A program made the translations under genes and the position numbers. From Mustelus asterias (taxonomy: Eukaryota): a stretch of DNA of 64,000 nt. The notes under the pieces are model-generated. The model saw nothing but the letters and a program-made list of their open reading frames with translations. It had not been told where the DNA came from and made no database searches. Shown piece after piece: positions 60,915 to 64,000 of the stretch. The stretch's first letter is position 1. Each line of letters begins with the position of its first letter. Where the stretch lies: positions 142,476,001 through 142,540,000 of the forward strand of contig NC_135802.1 in assembly GCF_964213995.1 (NCBI RefSeq), given 5' to 3'.

Positions 60915-61430
60915 GGTCTGGATTTTACCAGCCCTCTGATGAGCGTTTGGGAAATAGCGAGTGAAAAAGAGCGGGCAATGGACTGCCCATTGCTTTCCCA
61001 CTGCCAGTCCATCTTGCCCATACTGGGTAAGATGGACGATGGTCCTCCTGCCCAGAGGCCAATTGTGCCACTTACTTATCCAGTTTCGATCTTTAACCAT
61101 AACCGGTGGTGAATGGGCCCTCCAATGCATGGGGAAACTGCCCAGTGAACACCCGCAGCCTCCCTGCAGGCTGAAGGGTGGGAGGCCCATCTAATGACCC
61201 ACGAAGTGCCCACCAGGCACCAATAACCATCCCAACAGCAACAACTCCCCCGCCATCACCAAGAACATACCCCACGCTTGCTGGGGCCTGCTTGACTAAC
61301 CCACAACCGTACTCACCTTGCTCAGAGGGGGGCATCCCTCAGAACACCTCCTGCCTGAGTACAGACTCAGCGGTGGCAACAGCGACTGGACAGCAACCCT
61401 TGGAGGTGAACCCTCATCCTTAAAGAGGCC
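60915..61430. mobile_element. Further GC-rich Harbinger-like element (partial)
   Basis: Starts ggtctggattttac (TIR-like); similar GC-rich blocks at 15040-15650 and 31780-32150. Confidence 0.5.
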
Positions 61431-61599
61431 CATTGGTAATTATATCATTAATTGGATGATGCAGCCATGGTTTCCCAAACAGCCAAAGAGAGCTTGTTCC
61501 TAGTTTCTCAAACCGTTATCATTGCTCTATCAAAATTCAGCCCATTAAGCCTGGCCTAGATTTGTGTCCTGGATCAGCAGCAGGCAATTCACATTTACT

Positions 61600-62365
61600 G
61601 ACCAGCACCAGATGGTCTGTTTGTAGTGATTTTGGCTGAGGGACAAGTAATGACCAGGGCACTGGGCGTAACTCACTTGCACTTTGTCAAGTGGTGCCAA
61701 GTGATCTTTTACTTCCATCTGATAGGACAACCAGGGGAAGCGATGGCCGAATTGTATTATGGCTAGAAGGTTAATCCAGAAACTCCGCTAATGTTCTGGG
61801 GACCCGGGTTCAAATCCCGCCACGGCAGATGGTGGAATTTGAATTCAATAAAAATCTCGAATTAAGTTTTACGGCCTCACTCAAGCTATAAATTCCCACC
61901 CAAGGGTCAATGGACATTTCCATTGTCCGCCCCTCGCCTGCTCCAGTTCCATGGCAGGCTTGGCGGTCGAGTTTTGGCATATAAAACCATTGTCGATTGT
62001 CGGAAAAACCCATCTGGTTCACTAACGACCTTTAGGGAAGGAAATCTGCCATCCTTACCCATGACATGTGACTCCAGAGCCACAGCAATGTGGTTGACTC
62101 TCAACTGCCCCTCTGAAATGGCCTAGCAAGCCACTCAGTTCAAGGGCAACTATTGATGGGCGATCAATGCTGGCCAGCCAGCGATGCCCATGTCCAATGA
62201 ATAAAAAAAAACCTCGGTTCACTGTCCGATCCAAAAGACACCACCTTAGCGGGTGCAGTGTTGCGTATCAGTCTGGATTATGCGCTCACATCTCTGGAGC
62301 AGATCTTCAACAAAACCTTTAGACCCAGAGGTGAGAGTGCTACCGACTGAGCCACGGCTGACACC
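61600..62365. mobile_element. Three-layer nest: Deu-SINE (-) containing third-family SINE (61733-62210, +) containing MITE fragment (about 61866-61975)
   Basis: Deu core catctgatagg..aacc|insert|aacc tcggttc resumes; MITE body matches 48629-48755. Confidence 0.75.
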
Positions 62366-62599
62366 TGGATAGGTGTCACCAATAGACCTTGTATGTTATT
62401 GCTTATCTGCGACCTCACGCTGAGAATTCCACCTGTTCCCTTGGTCTTGCGAGCAGTACATCCCACAGTAAAGGATGCATAACATTTTAACAGCAACAAC
62501 AATTTGCATTTATATGGCGCCTTTCACATAGTGATACGTCCCAAAGCACTTCACAGAAGCATTATGAAGCAAATATGACACCCAGCCGCATGAGGTTTA

Positions 62600-62903
62600 A
62601 GTTTTGGATTTATTTATTAGTGTGACAAGTAGGCTTACATTGACACTGCAACAAAGTTACTGTGAAAACCCCCTAATCGTCCCTCTCCGGCGCCTGTTCG
62701 GGTACGTAGAATTTAGCATGGCCAACACGCCTAACCAGCACGTCTTTCGGACTATGGAAGGAAACCAGAGCACCCGGAGGAAACCCACGCAGACATGGGG
62801 AGAATGTGCAGACCCCACACAAACAGTGACCCAAGCCAGGAATCGAACCTAGGTTCCTGGCACTGTGAGGCAGCTGTGCTAACCACTGTGCGATCATGCC
62901 GCC
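62600..62903 (-). mobile_element. V-SINE, HE1 head with tail B
   Basis: Head, V domain, tail B. Confidence 0.9.
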
Positions 62904-63223
62904 CAAAGTGCAGAAGACTTCCCAACACTGAAAGAGAACGTGTTGCTTTGAAGTACTTGCAAATCAGTTACATTTAATGAGAATTACAATTGGAGTTGAA
63001 CAGATGGAGCTTAACCACTTTAAATACCCATGATTGTCATGTAAGATGAGGAATTTACTGACTTTAAGCTGCGCAAGTATTGTGGGTGTCAGATTAAATC
63101 AGCACAAATGCTCTTTTAATTGTATCTGGCCTTCTTATGGAAATCAAGGAAGCACAGTATAGTTCTCACAGTATAGCAGTTAGATCACTAGGTTTCTACT
63201 AAACCATAATAATAAGTCAAGTC

Positions 63224-63543
63224 GGGCACGGTGGCACAGTGGTTAGCACTGCTGCCTCACAGTGCCAGGGACCCGGGCTCAATACCGGCCTCGGGTCACT
63301 GTGCGGAGTCTGCACGTTCTTCCCATGTCTGCCTGGGTTTCCTACGTGTGCCCCAGTTTCCTCCCACACTCCAAAGATGTGCGGGTTAGGTTGATTGGCC
63401 ATGCTAAATTGCCCCACAGTGTCAGGGGGATTAGCAGGGTAATTAGGTGGGGTTAGGGGGATAGGGCCTGGGTGGGATTGTGGTCGGTGCAGACTCAATG
63501 GGCCGAATGGCCTCTTTCTCACTGTATGGATTCTATGATTCTA
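63224..63543 (+). mobile_element. HE1 SINE, tail A
   Basis: Full-length copy. Confidence 0.93.
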
Positions 63544-63559
63544 CAATTATACTGGTCAG

Positions 63560-64000
63560 GTTTTTTCATATTCATTGCTTGGATGGGAGTGTCGTTGGTA
63601 CCAATATGTATTGCCCATCCCACATTTCCCTTGAGAAAGTGATGGTTGATAGATAGTGAGCCACCTTCTTAAAGTGCTGCAGTCCATCTGGTGTCGGTAG
63701 CCCCACAGTGCTGTTTGATCGAGAGTCCCATTTCTTTCACCCAATAACAGTGAAGGAACAGTGATATCGTTCCAAATCAGGATGGTGTGTCGCCTGGAGG
63801 GGAATTCACAGGTGCGCCTGCTGCCCTTGTGGTCAGGAGTTTTGGGTTTGGAAGGTGCTGTCGAAGCAGCCTTGGCAAGTTATTGTAGTGCATCTTGAGA
63901 ATGGTAAAAACTGCAGCTAAAGTGCACTTGTTGTGGAGGGAGTGAATGTTTAAGATTGTGGATGGGGTGCCAATCAAGTGGTCTGCTCTGTCCTGATGGT
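63560..64000 (-). mobile_element. Second CR1-like LINE family 3' fragment (runs off window)
   Basis: ORF 63777..63977 NIHSLHNKCTLAAVFTILKMHYNNLPRLLRQHLPNP; tail gggatgggcaata. Confidence 0.78.

Noticed and set aside
63224-63300. tRNA gene (A and B boxes)
   Set aside because: SINE head continuing into the V domain; no full cloverleaf or terminator

Overview
Repeat-rich eukaryotic DNA, almost certainly from a shark. It carries HE1/V-SINEs with their CR1-type (HER1-like) partner LINE tails and SacSINE1-like Deu-domain SINEs. I recognise no host protein-coding gene, rRNA, true tRNA gene or CRISPR array, so the window looks intronic or intergenic. Much of it is layered mobile DNA: CR1, Rex1/Babar and L2-type LINE 3' fragments, at least four SINE types, PIF/Harbinger-like non-autonomous DNA elements with 3-bp target-site duplications (TSDs) and a probable solo LTR. 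These alternate with repeat-free, homeobox-motif-rich blocks that look like enhancers. Best signals: (1) three families of short Penelope-type termini with minimal hammerhead ribozymes, many TSD-flanked, including a copy with a compensatory U3-A8 core and an 88-bp-arm palindrome with a hammerhead on each strand; (2) a decayed protease-RT-connection fragment of a loki/spuma-like endogenous retrovirus; (3) one SINE head fused to two different LINE tails, with a compensated stem-loop in the Rex1-type tail; (4) two unexplained ~150-bp local duplications. All family names come from motif recognition by eye, not database searches. Boundaries of old repeats are approximate.
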